Part shown: in pieces, positions 23,754 to 37,026 of the stretch | How the letters are laid out: each line of letters starts with the position of its first letter | How positions within the stretch are numbered: the first letter of the stretch is position 1 | Assembly (NCBI GenBank): GCA_050575255.1 | Contig: JBNZDD010013728.1 | Location: 4,648,300-4,712,299 of the forward strand | Length of the DNA stretch: 64,000 nucleotides | Source of the DNA: Harriotta raleighana | Taxonomy: Eukaryota | Direction: 5' to 3' | Position numbers and translations under genes: made by a program | Notes under the pieces: generated by a model | What the model was told of the DNA's origin: nothing | Database searches by the model: none | What the model saw: only the letters and a program-made list of their open reading frames with translations

Positions 23754-26700
23754 AAATGGGGTAATAGTGCTGTATAGAGGAGTCTATAATCTAAAAGTGC
23801 TAGCTTTCCCCCAGGTTGTTTAGCATATGTTCAGGCAGAATCAATCTAATTGAATATGATGGAGGGTGATTCTCTTTATTGGAGGGGAGGGGAAAGAGAG
23901 AAGAGATTACCTCCTACACGAAAACAATGGGACAGATGTGGATTACTGATTTTTTATTTCATACAGTAAACTGACTTTAATGAATGAAGTGCCAAGTGCC
24001 ATACATCTTGCCAGCTTGATAGCCTTCACACCTTTATGTCAGAACTTTGTGGGCTCAGATCCCATGTAAGGACTTGAGGCTGACATGGGCAGTACTTGGA
24101 AACACTGCATTGTCAGAGATGGGATCTATCAGAGGAGATGTTAGGATAATTTCATACCCGCCTGTGCACATGGGCATTTACACCATCTAAAAAGAGAAGG
24201 GATTCTGGCCAACAGTCTCCCATAGTAATTAGCCATTTATTCATCACTGTTTGTGGGACCTGTAAAAATGCTAACGGCATTTGCATTCAAAATAAGTCAC
24301 AACACTAGCAGTAATTATTGTGAAGCACTTTGAGAAATGTTTTGACTTGAAAAGAAAAAAAAGCACATTTTCTTCAAACAAGAAATCCTTGTGCTGAATA
24401 TAATCATGGAAGTCAGTACTTTTTATCATTTCTTCAACCACTTCATACAGAATAGTTACCAGTGGTAGCAGCTTAGTGCTAGATCTGTGTCACCGGGTAT
24501 TGCAGTGGTAGATCATTTCTCAATATCACTCCGGAATTTATTCAATTATTGAACTAACTCTTCTATATTGCCGAATGTTCCCCTCCAATTAAAGAGTGGA
24601 AAAAAATCCAAAGTTCAGTCATACACTGCTCCTATTACCCATCAAAACAGAGATGCAATTTTTGTCCCCTTCAATGAAAACATGCAACATAATTTTTTGG
24701 GGGAACGGAAGGAAGCTATCTTGCTTATGATATTATAATATACAGTATAACTTTTGGAGAGAGGCATTTTTAATTGTCAAGTCATTCTAAAAATACCTTG
24801 TTATCAAAAACACAAGGACACCAAACAATGTGTATGTTTCCTTCACAAACACAAGCAGAAGGTATTCAACTAATTCAACTCATTTCACTAATCTTTTAAG
24901 AGTTTTTTGAAGATGATTGTTGTAGTGGTGGCTGTTTGCAACACCCAGCCTTTAATTATTTATCTTTGACCGGTACAATGTTAAAAATTCAGCAATTTAC
25001 ATTGGAGTATAAGTGTGCATTTCAATGGGTTAGCGTGGTGCCTAGCCTGTATATTTATTATATTTAACCTCATCATGTGCACTGGCTTACATCTCAATAT
25101 TTTTCAGATGGTTGTTTCAAACACCATGGAAATGTGTAATCTGCTAACTAAAGCAATGCCACATATTTAATTAAACTCAGTACAATATTATTCAAATGTA
25201 CAACTAACTCAGTCATTCTACACCCCTTCTTTATATGCACAAATAAAATTGGACTCAAAATTGTTTGTAACTAGAGTATAACGAATATCTATGAACTGAA
25301 TGACTATTTTACATGCATGCACAATCTATAACATACTTTGTAAATGTGTATGTACATTCAGCGGAGAGTTGACTGCTCTAAGCATTACACTTTATAAGCT
25401 TTGAATAATGGTTAATCTACTTACACCTCTGTGCACTTTGAGACATGAAGGAAGTGATTTTCTCTCTATAATTTGTTGACTTGAACTTTAGACTGTTCTT
25501 GGGCTGTTTTATTTCATATGATGTGGAGTAATAAATAGACCATGAAGTCAAGCAGGACAACCGTGCTCAAAAATAATAAAATACTGAAATAGACCTACAG
25601 CAAAAATGACATGAGTTGGAAGAGCACAACTTGTTAACTTCCCACAGCTCTTTTTCAGTGTGAACAAAACCTTGATATTCAGATACGTAATACAACCAAC
25701 AGCTCTGGATATATACAACCATAATCTAATAAACCCATGATAAAATTACTGACTTTAATTCTTCAATGGGTATTGAGTTATGGCATTGCTTCGTAAATAA
25801 TAAATAATTGGATTACCAATTACTTTTAGTTTTATAGGAGTCATGTAATGATTGATGACTTATGATAAAGTAATTCACATCTCTTGACATTTCGAGCATG
25901 ATCCAAGATTAGGTAACTAACTGAACTAGTTATGAGAATGTTGACTAAATTATTGGATTAACTTTTTTTGGTGCCATTTGTAGGACAGGTACATCCATCA
26001 GTCTCGTTCAATGGGAGCTATCTGCAAGTAGCTAGGCTACATGGATGAATGTATATAATTTTTCAGAAATTATTTTTTGTACATAGAAGTACTTTAAAAA
26101 GAAAACAAATTCAGCATTTTTAAAACCGTCTCTGTAATGTATGATTTTTTAAAAATGCAAGCGTATATAAAATTTGCCTTACAAATGCTTCAGTTGTTTG
26201 ATCAACATGTGTTTTTCTGGTACTATCCATATACTGTACCTGTTTGATTGAAAGGCTCACTGATGATCTATCAACAGTTGGTCTGACTTGAGTCATTTCA
26301 AAGCAAGTTCAATGTATTTTATGGTAGTTATAACTCTGAAGTAAGAAGATGGATTATTGTTAAACATTCATGGGTATTTCCAGCACCACAAGCATTGGCA
26401 AAAAAAACTTTGTGTTTGATTAATCAATTTATTTATTTATAACCCATTAAAGAATGTTGTACTGTATCATTTACCACTCCACGGGTGAGGGAGGGGGTTA
26501 AGAATATTTGCAGCTTATTTCTCCCAAATCCAAATGTTTCCTCATATGTACAATAAATTCAAGTGAACTTTTAATGTTACCATTTCTTATTGCAACTTCA
26601 GTCAGTATTGTTCAGAAAAACGCATATAAAGGTCTAACCTTATTTCAGACTGGAGGTGATGGTTGCTTTTCTTAAATAAAAGATCAGAATTTATATACAA

Positions 26701-26924
26701 ATTTATTTTTGTAAATCGGTAAAGTGGCTTTTTATCTCCTGATGGTATTAATGGTGCAAAGAAGTATAATGTGACATTGTAGCTCAATGTGAAATAAATA
26801 TTTTAAATTTAATTTCTTTCCCAAAAAAATATTTTTCTTGTGTTTTCATCATATCTTCATCATATGTAAAGTACTTGACTGACATGCTTTTCAATTTTTC
26901 CTTCTGAAATGTGTCCTATTGTCA

Positions 26925-27272
26925 TTTGGTGGCTCAGTTGGCAGCACCATCACTGGAAGGTCATAGGTTCAGGCCTTTGAATTTATAGTCTAGAGTGTCA
27001 CTGCAATCCAGTATTGGACCAGCATTGCTGTGTTTGAGGTCTGTCTGTTAAAGATCTCAAGGCACTACTCGAAAAGAATAGGGATATTCTCCTAGTTTTC
27101 TGGCATTAGATAAAACCAGTCATTCACTTCATAGCTATTTGTAGGACATTGCTTTATGCAAATTGGCTGCTGATTTTCCTACAAATATAGTTGCTACACT
27201 TCACAGTAAATAATAGGAAGTACTTCGAGACTTTTCAACTACATAATAAGGCACTCTCAACTGGAAGGATTA
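26925..27272 (+). mobile_element. Old DeuSINE (SacSINE1/AmnSINE1-like) relic
   Basis: tRNA-like head ggtggctcagttggcagcac; Deu-like motifs aaagatctcaaggcactactcgaa and tttgtaggacattgct..caaattggctgc. Similar relics lie at ~24000-24340, ~37980-38265 and ~46715-46940. Family assignment is from recalled consensus. Confidence 0.55.
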
Positions 27273-28983
27273 TATATATTTTAAATTCCGCAGCAGGAAT
27301 AGTCAGAGGCACTAATTTTTTCTTTCCTGAGGATTCAAGACAGTGGAACTTCCTGCTATCAAAACACAGGCTTCATATCACCTAAACACTACTTGATATA
27401 TCTCACCTCTCTTACTATTTTCAACCTTGATGGAGTCCTAGCTCTTGATACGAAAATGTACAGCTGTGCACTGGAGCATGAATACACGATTGACGCTTCC
27501 CTGAACTCTACCTCTGAACCTAAGAATGTTGTCAGCTTTATTCACCCCAATGTCATTTTGAAGAATATACCTTTTTAAATTGGTTCTCAACAGACAACCC
27601 AAATTGTTACCGCCAGTCTGTACCTCTCCACTGAATTAATTCCCTGTGACAAATGCATGGCTCCTGGACATAGTCTAATTTCCTGCATGTGGAGATTGCA
27701 AGGTGGTTGCTGGCTGGAAGTAGCAATGTGATTTATGAAGGGAAGTGTACTAGTTTACTTGATTGATTTACATGGGCACAGGCTCTGCTTACGCGTGGTG
27801 CAGCAAAAGCTGCTGGGATTTGACACCATTCAATGCCACAGTCAGAAGGAAAAAGACATGACTTTGAGCAGTTTATTCTGCAAATTCAGCACTAACAGCC
27901 CACGTGCACAAGTACTGTACCAGTTTTGAAAACTTATTTACATTTTCTGGTAGAAAATAAAGCTAGTGGGGAATACAATGAAATTATAACACCTTGCATT
28001 TGTATAGCACCCATCACAGGATAGCGTCCCATAGAGGTTGACAGTGGCGGAGCACAAGACCGAGCCCGGGATTTGTCTATCGGGTTAGTTTTGATACCAC
28101 ACAGCCCAGGTAAGAGATGTTTAAGCATTTACAAGAATTGACTTGAGCTTTGTTATAATATTGTTTCTTGAAGTCATTCCAGGAATAATTAGTTACATAG
28201 CACCAATACAAGCCGTTTAGCTCAACTAGTACATTCTAGTCTTTCAAGTCTACCCAAGGCCTTACCCTTCTATTGCCCTCATCGATACCCGTTTGTTCCC
28301 TAATCCCACCTAGTTTATAATTGTATATGAGTTCTATAATATGTATATTTGTTTACTATTCTACAGCACCTTGGGAAGTCCTCCTGACACAAAAGGCACT
28401 ATACAAAAGTTATTTTGTTGTTGTTTACTGCTAGAATCCGTATGCTCAAAAGTCCAACCAGTATTAAAATGTAAAACCATTTTGTCTTAAAAAAGGAAGA
28501 CTGTAAAGAATTGTGTAGAATTCGTAAATTTGGAAGCCAGCTCTTTTTAAGAACGCAGAAAATTGGCACAATTATTAAACTGTAAAACTCACTGGCTAAA
28601 ACTGGGTGAACATTGTAGGTTATGGGCTATTTTCAGAATGGAATGAAACTATTCAGCTTATCACTGTGCCTGTTTTGGTGCTATTTCCTTCAATGTTTTT
28701 CTTCTATACTTTTTAACATTATTTCCTCAATTATTTCTTTCAATTATCATTTCAACGATGTTAATGGCATGGAAAAAGTAAACTGGAAAATTCCTATGGT
28801 CACTCGTAAATTGGAAGCCAATTTCTCAAGAATTGTGGGAAAGCATCTTTCCAAAATGACTGAATTTTCCAAGATAATTTGTAATATTAAATGGTAAGAG
28901 AAAATGGCCCGCCCACCTATTTTCATGTATTGCAACAGTTGTTACAGATACTGACTGAGTATATAGATCCTAGTTGTTTGATT

Positions 28984-29303
28984 GTAGCTCCTGTAGCTCA
29001 GTGGTTAGAGCTCTTGCCTTACAAGCATGAGATCTATTTTCAAATCCAGGCCGATCAGGACAAAACCTTGGGCAAGTTTCCTTACTCCACATGCCTATTA
29101 ATAATCTATCCAAAAAACCCACAATAATAAAATTGGTCATTTCAATCCACAACTGTTTGTGGGACACTGTTGTGGGCAATTGGCTGCTGTGTTTCGTCCA
29201 CAAATATACAGTCAATTCACTTTATAGTATATTCAGTGAAGCACTTTGATACGTCGATAAGATGTGAAAAGCACTATATCAAAGGCAAGGATTATTATTA
29301 TTA
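28984..29303 (+). mobile_element. tRNA SINE, full length
   Basis: Head, body and tail as in the 6471 copy. Confidence 0.88.
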
Positions 29304-29504
29304 TGATTTGTGATGGTGTTTGCAGATATTCAGCAAAAACATCTGTGACCAATGCACAACTTACAAATATTTTTCAATTTGTTTTTCTTCTGAATTGAGT
29401 ATGGCAATGTTGCTCCCAGCATTGCACTAGATTGCCAGCCTAGCCTGTGAGTTCAAAATCCCGACATGGTACAGTACTTGCATCCATAAACTTGTGACTC
29501 AGAA

Positions 29505-29822
29505 GAGTCAGTGGTTAGAGCACTTACCTTGCAAGCGAGAGACCTGGGTTCGGTTCCAGGCAGGGCAAAACCTCGGGCATGTTTCTTTACTCTAAACCTT
29601 AATTCATTTCCTTACTCTGTTTTATAATAATCTCTCAATAAATAATAATAAATTGGTCATTTTAATCCATGACTGTTTGTGGGACACTGCTGTGCTTATT
29701 TAGCTGCCGCGTTTTGTCCACAAAAGTATACAGTCAATTCACTTTACAGTATATCCCTGTGAAGCGCTTTGAGACATTTAGAAGACATGAAAAGCACTAT
29801 ATCAAATGCAAAGATTATTATT
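29505..29822 (+). mobile_element. tRNA SINE, near full length
   Basis: Head (cagtggttagagcac..ggttcggttcc), body and tail. Confidence 0.85.
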
Positions 29823-30529
29823 CGAGGTGAGAATGCTATCAATTGAGCCAGGCTGACACCTAATGTTTTGACATTATAAGTGCTATAAAATTGCTCATTC
29901 GACAACAACATGCATTTACATAAACATATTTCAGGTAGGATGAATATCTCAAAGCACTTTTGGAAAACAGTCCAAAGGATTTAGCCCAGAGCAAGCCGAA
30001 TCCAGGCTACAGTCAAATTGCCGAGTTTTTAGGTGGTTTTTAAAGGCAGCAAGAGAAAAAGTGAGTTGAAGAGTACTATATGTTGTAAATTGTTGTAGCT
30101 TCGGGGTTACGGCAGGGTCAGTTGTCCTCTAGTATACTAGATGCGTTTACTCACTTTATATTTTTTCTTGCAAATTCATGAGTTACAGCAGAATAGCTGC
30201 AGCTCTTCAAACATAAATCATGGGGACAGAGTAACTTCAATTTGATCCAAATTCCTACGACTTAACTGCAATCTGTGTAGGGCCAGTTAAGGGGTGGGAC
30301 CACATTAAATCATGAGATCAGATAGCTCCATAAGGACAGTGGCTTGCGTCTGGGCCTTCAGAATTAGTATTACAAACAAAACACTCCAAAATATTAATTT
30401 TTACCAAAGTTATTAATTTTAAAAGTGGCTGAAATAAATGCAGCCTATAGAACTTGAAGTTTAAAGTAATACAACAAATGTATATTTTACGTATTGTAAC
30501 TTGTGCAAAAAAATCTTTATGTAACATGT

Positions 30530-31875
30530 ATGATTGACGTATATTTGGGCATATCAACTTCGGTCACACCTCATCCTCCACTCCCTCCTTGAGCCCCTAA
30601 AGTTGCGTTTTTGCAGTGCTCACAGCACAGAAACAGAGCTTGTCAAAGTTACAACTCCATCTGTGATCAGGGCTTCCTCTGCCTCCTCATCCTCCTGGAT
30701 CTCTCGGCTGCTTTCGACACAGCAAACCATGCCATCCTCCTCCACCACCTCGCCTCTCTCTCATCTACCTTAGTGGCGCTACATTCACATGGTTCGACTG
30801 CTACTTAACCAACCACCTCCATTTGATGTCAACAAATGGTTTCTCCTCCAGCCTCTGCCCAGTCACCTGCGGGGTAACCCAGGACTTCATCCTTGACCCT
30901 CTTCTTGTCCTTATCTATATGCTCCCTCTGGGTGATGGTATCAACAGTAAATGTCCACATGTATATGGATGACACACAAATCTACTTTGCCTCCTCCACT
31001 AGCAACTGCAGGTCCGCCAATGTTCTATCAGCTTGTCTGGCAGATATCAAGGCCTGAATGAGTGTAAACTTCCTCCAGCTGAACTTGGACAAGATGGAAG
31101 CCATACACTTTTGTTCCCGTTCTCTCCTGTAGTTCGAAACTTCTCAACCTCCCTGGGCTCTCCCTCAGATTCACCGAACCAGAGCGCAATCTAGGCATCT
31201 GGTTCGACCTCCAGCTGTCCTCTTCCTCTCCCACATCAGGTCCCTGATCAGGATCGCCTTCTTCCACTTCCTCCACATTGCCCACCTCCGACCGTACCTT
31301 ATCCCAAATGCAGTCAAACTTGTGCTCCAATGCATTCCAATGTATTCCTCACCAGTTTCCCCAACTCCACTATTCAAAAGATCAAGATGATTCAGAACTT
31401 TGTGGCCCACACATTGACCCGGACCAAACTCCATTCCCACATCACCAGTTCAGGCCAGGTTCCACTGGCTGCCCATCACTGAATGGATGAATTTCAAGAT
31501 CCTCACACACATTTCAAATCCACTCACTCCCTGGCACCTCCTTACGCCTCTGACTTCCTCATACCCCAATCTACAATACCCCAATCCACAACATGGTGCC
31601 TCTGCTCGACTTGCACTGGCCTCCTGCTCATCCCTCGCACTCACCCTCCCATCCTACATTGAGGCCACTAAGCCCCCAAACTCTGTAACACTCTTCCTCA
31701 ATCCCTCTGCCTTGCCCTCTTTTCAAGTCCCACCTGAGAACCTTCCCCTTCGACTGTGCTTACAGCCACCTCTCCCCAACGTCTACTCTCCCAGCTCAGA
31801 GTCAGACTCCACTGTTAAGCGCTCTGAGACACTGCCCAGCTTGGAGGGTGCTATACAAGTGCAAGTTGTTGTTGA
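30530..31875 (+). mobile_element. L2 LINE, 5'-truncated and decayed (RT to 3' tail)
   Basis: Motifs HSTET.LVKV, LILLDLSAAFDT, GV.Q..ILDP, HMY.DDTQ and HWLP..E.MNFK in shifting frames; tail ggagggtgctatacaagtgcaagttgttgttg. Confidence 0.9.
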
Positions 31876-33206
31876 TCATAAATTGATCACACAATCCATG
31901 ACTGTTTGTCAGACACTCCTGTGCACAATTGGCTGCTCCATTTCGCCCACATAGTATACAATTCACTTTACAGAATATTCAGTGAAGCGCTTTGAGACAT
32001 CTGAAAGACGCGCTAAGGTGTTATATCAAATGCGAGGATTATTATTATTACAATAACAAAATTTCATGACTAGAGGATGTCCCAAGACACTGAATTATTA
32101 ATAGGGACATTATCCACCTTGGTCTAAAATGACTGAATTTATGTAACATTTTATTAGAGCATTTGCCAACAATTTGTTCAGGAAACATGAAGGACATAAA
32201 TGATAGGAGGCCTTGAAGGTAATGTACTACTTATTAAAAAATATATATTTAAGAGAAGTACAGCTTTTTCAAGGTGGCGAAATTCATACTTAATAGATTA
32301 TAGAATTGAGAATGTCTCCCTCCTTCATGTCTCAACTAGTCTCTGGTGTTTACTATTAGTGGGAAATTACTGTAAAATTAGTGGGAATGTATCAGGACAA
32401 CAAAGCTATAACCCTCACACTTTGAGTCATCTGAATCTCTTGATAATGTTGCACACACTCCCACTCATCTCTATACAGTATAACTTCAGTCATAACATCC
32501 GAGCGAGATGTGGAGGTTCCCACTTTCTGCTTTGTTTTCGACTCTTTGCAAATGGTCAGCGCGACTCTTATGGAAGAAAATCATTCATTCTGTGGTGACT
32601 CATAGCCCTGGTCTATACTGTGGGAGGTCTCAATCAAAACAAAGCATGCAATTGTATGTTAGAGAGCTGGAAAGGAAAAAAAACACTTGACAGCAGGAAT
32701 CAGTCAGCAACTCGGTCCTGAGGCACTTCTTGTAATGGATAGGCTGAGCAATCTCTTGGGAGACAGGTTCTGTGAAGTTCGTGACGGTGTGTACATCAAT
32801 TATATGTTCCTTGGTTTTGCATTGATTGGAGGAGGGGTAGATTTCACAGGCAATATTTTGCTTTCTGAGCAAAGTGGTGTTGGGTTAAACTGATTTTCTT
32901 TCTGCTGCATTAGTTATGTAAACCCAGATAGCCAATGCTGTACCTTTCTGTTTACAGCTTGTAGTGGAGCTATTGATCAATAAAGAAAGAACTATTTTTC
33001 GACACAACTTATTCACAGCAGCAGGGCCCTGGCCAACTAGTTGTTGTAGCCAATTGCTGGAGCCTCATTCATCTGGATTTAAGGCAGTGAAAAAACAATA
33101 GATGATCATGCTACATTCATATAAACTCAAGGCCATTGAGATTACACAAATTTCAGAGCACTAAGCACATTCGTACGGTCTGGCTCAGTTCTGTCCATTC
33201 CATTGT

Positions 33207-33533
33207 AGAGCTCTTGTAGCTCAGTGGTTAGAGCACTCACCTCACAAGGGTGAAACCTGTATTCGAATCCAGGCAAATCAGGGAGACACCTTGGGCAAAT
33301 TTCCTTACTTCACATACATGCCTAATGATAATCAGTCCCCCACAAAAAACCACAATAATAAAATTGATTGTTTCAATCCACGACTGTTTGTGGGGACACT
33401 GCTGTGTGCAATTCGCTGCCGGGTTTCACCCACAAAATATACAGTCAATTCACCTTGCTGTATATTCTGTGAAGCTCTTTGAGATGTTAATAAGATGTAA
33501 AAAGCGCTATATCAAATGCAAGGATTATTATTA
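33207..33533 (+). mobile_element. tRNA SINE, full length
   Basis: Head, body and tail as in the 6471 copy. Confidence 0.88.
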
Positions 33534-34114
33534 GTAACACACAGTCGTTAAATATCTTAAAGAAATTATACCAGAGTGTGTATTGAAGTAATCTTGAAGG
33601 TTAACTATCAGTGGCTTGGGATGTCCTCCAAACATGTAATTTTGTTGTTGTTGTTAACTAGCTAAACCCACATAGCTTGCCATTGATATCCCTGTCTGGC
33701 AATAATTCACTTTACAGAATAAATGTCCAAACCAGGGTTTGAGCCCTAGGTCACTAGGTAAATGGTAGTTACCAGGAACTCTGTGTGAGCTTCCTGTTCG
33801 GCAACCGAGTATGAAATGTGCGAGAACATTTCCACCATCTTCCTGTGCGCAGCTTGGACACACATCTCTTCCCATTAAGCAACAGTTCCACTAATTGAAG
33901 ATGTGGAGCTTCAGAGGTAGCTGCTTACCTATGGAGGCCAATTGAGATGGATTCCAGCGTTGGATGTATGTTCATGAACTCAGACTCCAGGTAACGACTA
34001 CCAGCAGCTGTTACCTCAAGAGTTTCCTCATCAGCTACTTGGTGCCTTCAACAATGGTTTGACTGTCTTATACTTGTCCAAGTGCTCAAACACTCCAAAC
34101 TTGATGAGAGATTT

Positions 34115-35275
34115 CACAATCAAAGTTAAGCTGACAGCTCTGTAGTTACCTGCTTTCTCCCTTCCTCCCTCTCTCCGTCTTAAATGATGGGAGTGGAAGT
34201 CCAGTCTATGGGTACAATTGCCGAATATAAAGAGCTTTGGAAAATTGTGACTAGCACACCTCCAATTTCCCCCACTACTTCTTTTAATACTGTGGGGTGG
34301 AATCCATCAGGTTCTGGAGATTTGTCTGCCTTTAGTCCCATTATTTTCTTCATTACCTTTTTTTAAAAATTCATATTAAATCCATTTAGGACTTCTCTTT
34401 GGTTTATTTTTAGNCCGAATATAAAGAGCTTTGGAAAATTGTGACTAGCACACCTCCAATTTCCTCCACTACTTCTGTGGGGTGGAATCCATCAGGTTCT
34501 GGAGATTTGTCTGCCTTTAGTCCCATTATTTTCTTCATTACCTTTTTTTAAAAATTCATATTAAATCCATTTAGGACTTCTCTTTGGTTTATTTTTAGGT
34601 TCCCTTGTACTGATGTCCTCTTGTCTTCTTCCTCAAGTATGGAAACAAAAGTATTCATTCAATAAGCCTGACATTTTCTTATTGTCCATTATAGTCCCAC
34701 CCACACCTGTCTTTAATGGGCACACGTTCCCCTTTACCATTTTCTTTCTGTTTATATATTCATAAAAACTTTTACTGTTGCATTAGATAGCCCTGGGAAG
34801 TTTTTTTTCCCACATTCACTTTTTGCACTTGTTCTTGGTAACCTTGTATCTCTTTTTGCTTTTCATACATCTCCCAGTCAGATTGTTACCTAATTCTAGT
34901 TTGTTACTCATCACCAAATCTAGTATGGCACGTTGCCTTGTCGGTTCTAAAACATATCCTCAATATGAGAAATTTGTTGCCTTGCTTATTTGAGCTAGTC
35001 TGCTTCTCCTAGTCCATGTGAAAATTAAAATCTCCCATTACAACTGCATTGCTTTTGCAACATGCTTCCCTGATCTCTGTATATAAACCTTCCTCCACTG
35101 CAACACTGCTTTTTGGAGGTCTGTTGTCAACTCACCCCAAAGTCTTGCCTCCTTAGCTATTCCTTAAGTCTACCCATAATGTTTCCACAGACTGGTCACC
35201 CTTACTGATATCCTTTCTTTCTACTGCTATAATTGTGTCTTTTATCAATATAGCTATTCCTCTTTTCCCGATTGC
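34115..35275 (-). mobile_element. CR1 LINE ORF2 fragments (endonuclease to RT), decayed
   Basis: Reverse-strand motifs ..SPEPDGFHP.VLKE, GNYRAVSLTL and GDFNFHMD(W), typical of CR1 ORF2. Confidence 0.75.
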
Positions 35276-35294
35276 CCTTTCCTTTCTATAGGCT

Positions 35295-35948
35295 GTATAG
35301 CCTGATGTATTTGGACTTCCAAAAGGCATTTCACAAAGTACTACAGTATAAGCCCGTTTATCTGGTATCCGTGGGACCTGGCCAATGCTGCTTAAATGTC
35401 TTGCCGGTTAAATGGTCGGATCCGACGCCGAAAACCCAACAGAAAAAAAATTAACTTATTTTAACACATACCATATTAATAATAGCCTAAATAATAACAG
35501 ATAACAACAGAATATTGTATGGGTACTTTATTGTAAATGTTGGTACACTGTACCATGTAAATAATAGACTAAATACAGTAACAACAGATACTGTAATAAC
35601 AGAATATTGTATTATTTATACTTAACTTCTGCAATGGAGGCCGCCACGGGAAGAAAAAAACAGCAGTGCGACTATAAGGCTCTATTAGCAGCAAGCCAAA
35701 ATACCTGTACAGTACTCTTGTGCGACAATCAATTCATTAAATGCGTCACCGCTATTGTGCTGGATAACTTCCGGTTAATCAGATGGGGACTTCTGGTTAT
35801 AAGGAAGTTCCAGTTCATCATGTCACGGATAAACAGGCTTTTACTGTATTTGGAAAACTCCTTTATAACCTGAAGTCACTGTCTATCAAGGGTAAGACTT
35901 AGACATGGATTTGAATTTGGGTGAAAGGAAGGAAGCACAGGATAGTTC
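35295..35948 (+). mobile_element. CR1 RT fragment split by a MITE
   Basis: MYLDFQKAFHKV before the MITE, and KLLYNLKSLSIKGKT..WI..W..GRKHR after it. Confidence 0.7.
35344..35846 (+). mobile_element. pogo/Tigger-like MITE inserted in a CR1 RT fragment
   Basis: ta|cagtataagcccgtttatc ... ggataaacaggcttttactg|ta, with TA TSD on both sides. Confidence 0.85.
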
Positions 35949-37026
35949 TTAACATTGATTTACATAGAATCTACAGCATGGAAACAGGGCATTTGGCCTA
36001 ATCAGCCTGTGACAGTGTTTATACTTCACATGAGTCTCCACCTTCTCTTCGCTCCCTGCAAAGGGAGGTTGATAGGATATGCACATGAAATAAAGTTTAA
36101 TGAATATAAATGCTAAGTTCTGCACTATATAGTTGCTATAATAATCTATTAAAAAAAACACAATAATAAAAATTGGTCATTTCAATCCACAACTGTTTGT
36201 GGGATACCGCTGAGCACAATTGGCTGCCACGTTTCGCCCACAAATATACAATCAATTCACTTTACAGAATATTCTGTGAAGTGCTTTGAGACATCTAGAA
36301 GATGTGAAAAGTGCTATACCAAATACAAGGATTATTATTAGGCAAATATGTAATAAAAATCAGATGCCAAGGTTTTAGCTTGTGATATTGCAGTAATTTG
36401 GCTGGAGAGAGAATTTATGAGTTGTATTAACGGATAGCATTGATATCAGTAGAAGTTATGATCATTTTCAAGGAATCTAGACAAATCTGGTGATTGCAGA
36501 ATGGTATCTAAATAAAGTTATGTAATGAAGTTAAATAATGTAGGATGTTCTCTTCCAGCACTGCTCCAGATCGACAGTATAGACCATTTGAGATCCAAGT
36601 CCCAAAGTAGAGCTTGAACATACTCAGCATTCTGACTAAGAGACTGAATTGTAATTTAGTTTTTTTTTAATTTCCCCTACTCACAGAGGAATTGGGGCAC
36701 ACTGGTGCAGTCCATCTTTCAGTTATTCTGTAACAAAAGGATTATAAAAAAAATACTAACCACATAGATGGTTCTGAACATCTTTACTGTTTGATATGGA
36801 CGAGTTCACTGGAGGTCAGCTGTGATTTCCTTTTCCACTTGGCTTTGGCAGAGATAAATTTAATTACAAAAGGAACAAATGACGGAAGGAAAATAAATTT
36901 AAGAATAGTTGCACTAGTTTTCAGCGCAAATTCTCCAGAGGATAGAAGACTTATTTTTTTTACAGAAGGAAAATCTAAATTTGTAACAACACTTTCTTGC
37001 TTAAAAGATCAAAACTTGCCCATATA

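Larger units (their letters stand above)
19548..26825 (+). other. DEPTOR: Probable DEPTOR 3' UTR (proximal polyA signal ~20039; possible distal end ~26.8 kb)
   Basis: Follows the stop codon. AATAAA occurs at 20039-20044 and at 26793-26798, the latter followed by a U/GU-rich tract. 24.4-26.8 kb is AU-rich and repeat-poor, with TGTAHATA motifs at 26050 and 26078. The extent is inferred. Confidence 0.4.

Noticed and set aside
33650-34090. Possible coding-like segment on the minus strand (73-aa ORF 33654-33875)
   Set aside because: No recognisable protein and it sits between repeat fragments. It is probably a decayed retroelement piece, but I could not classify it.
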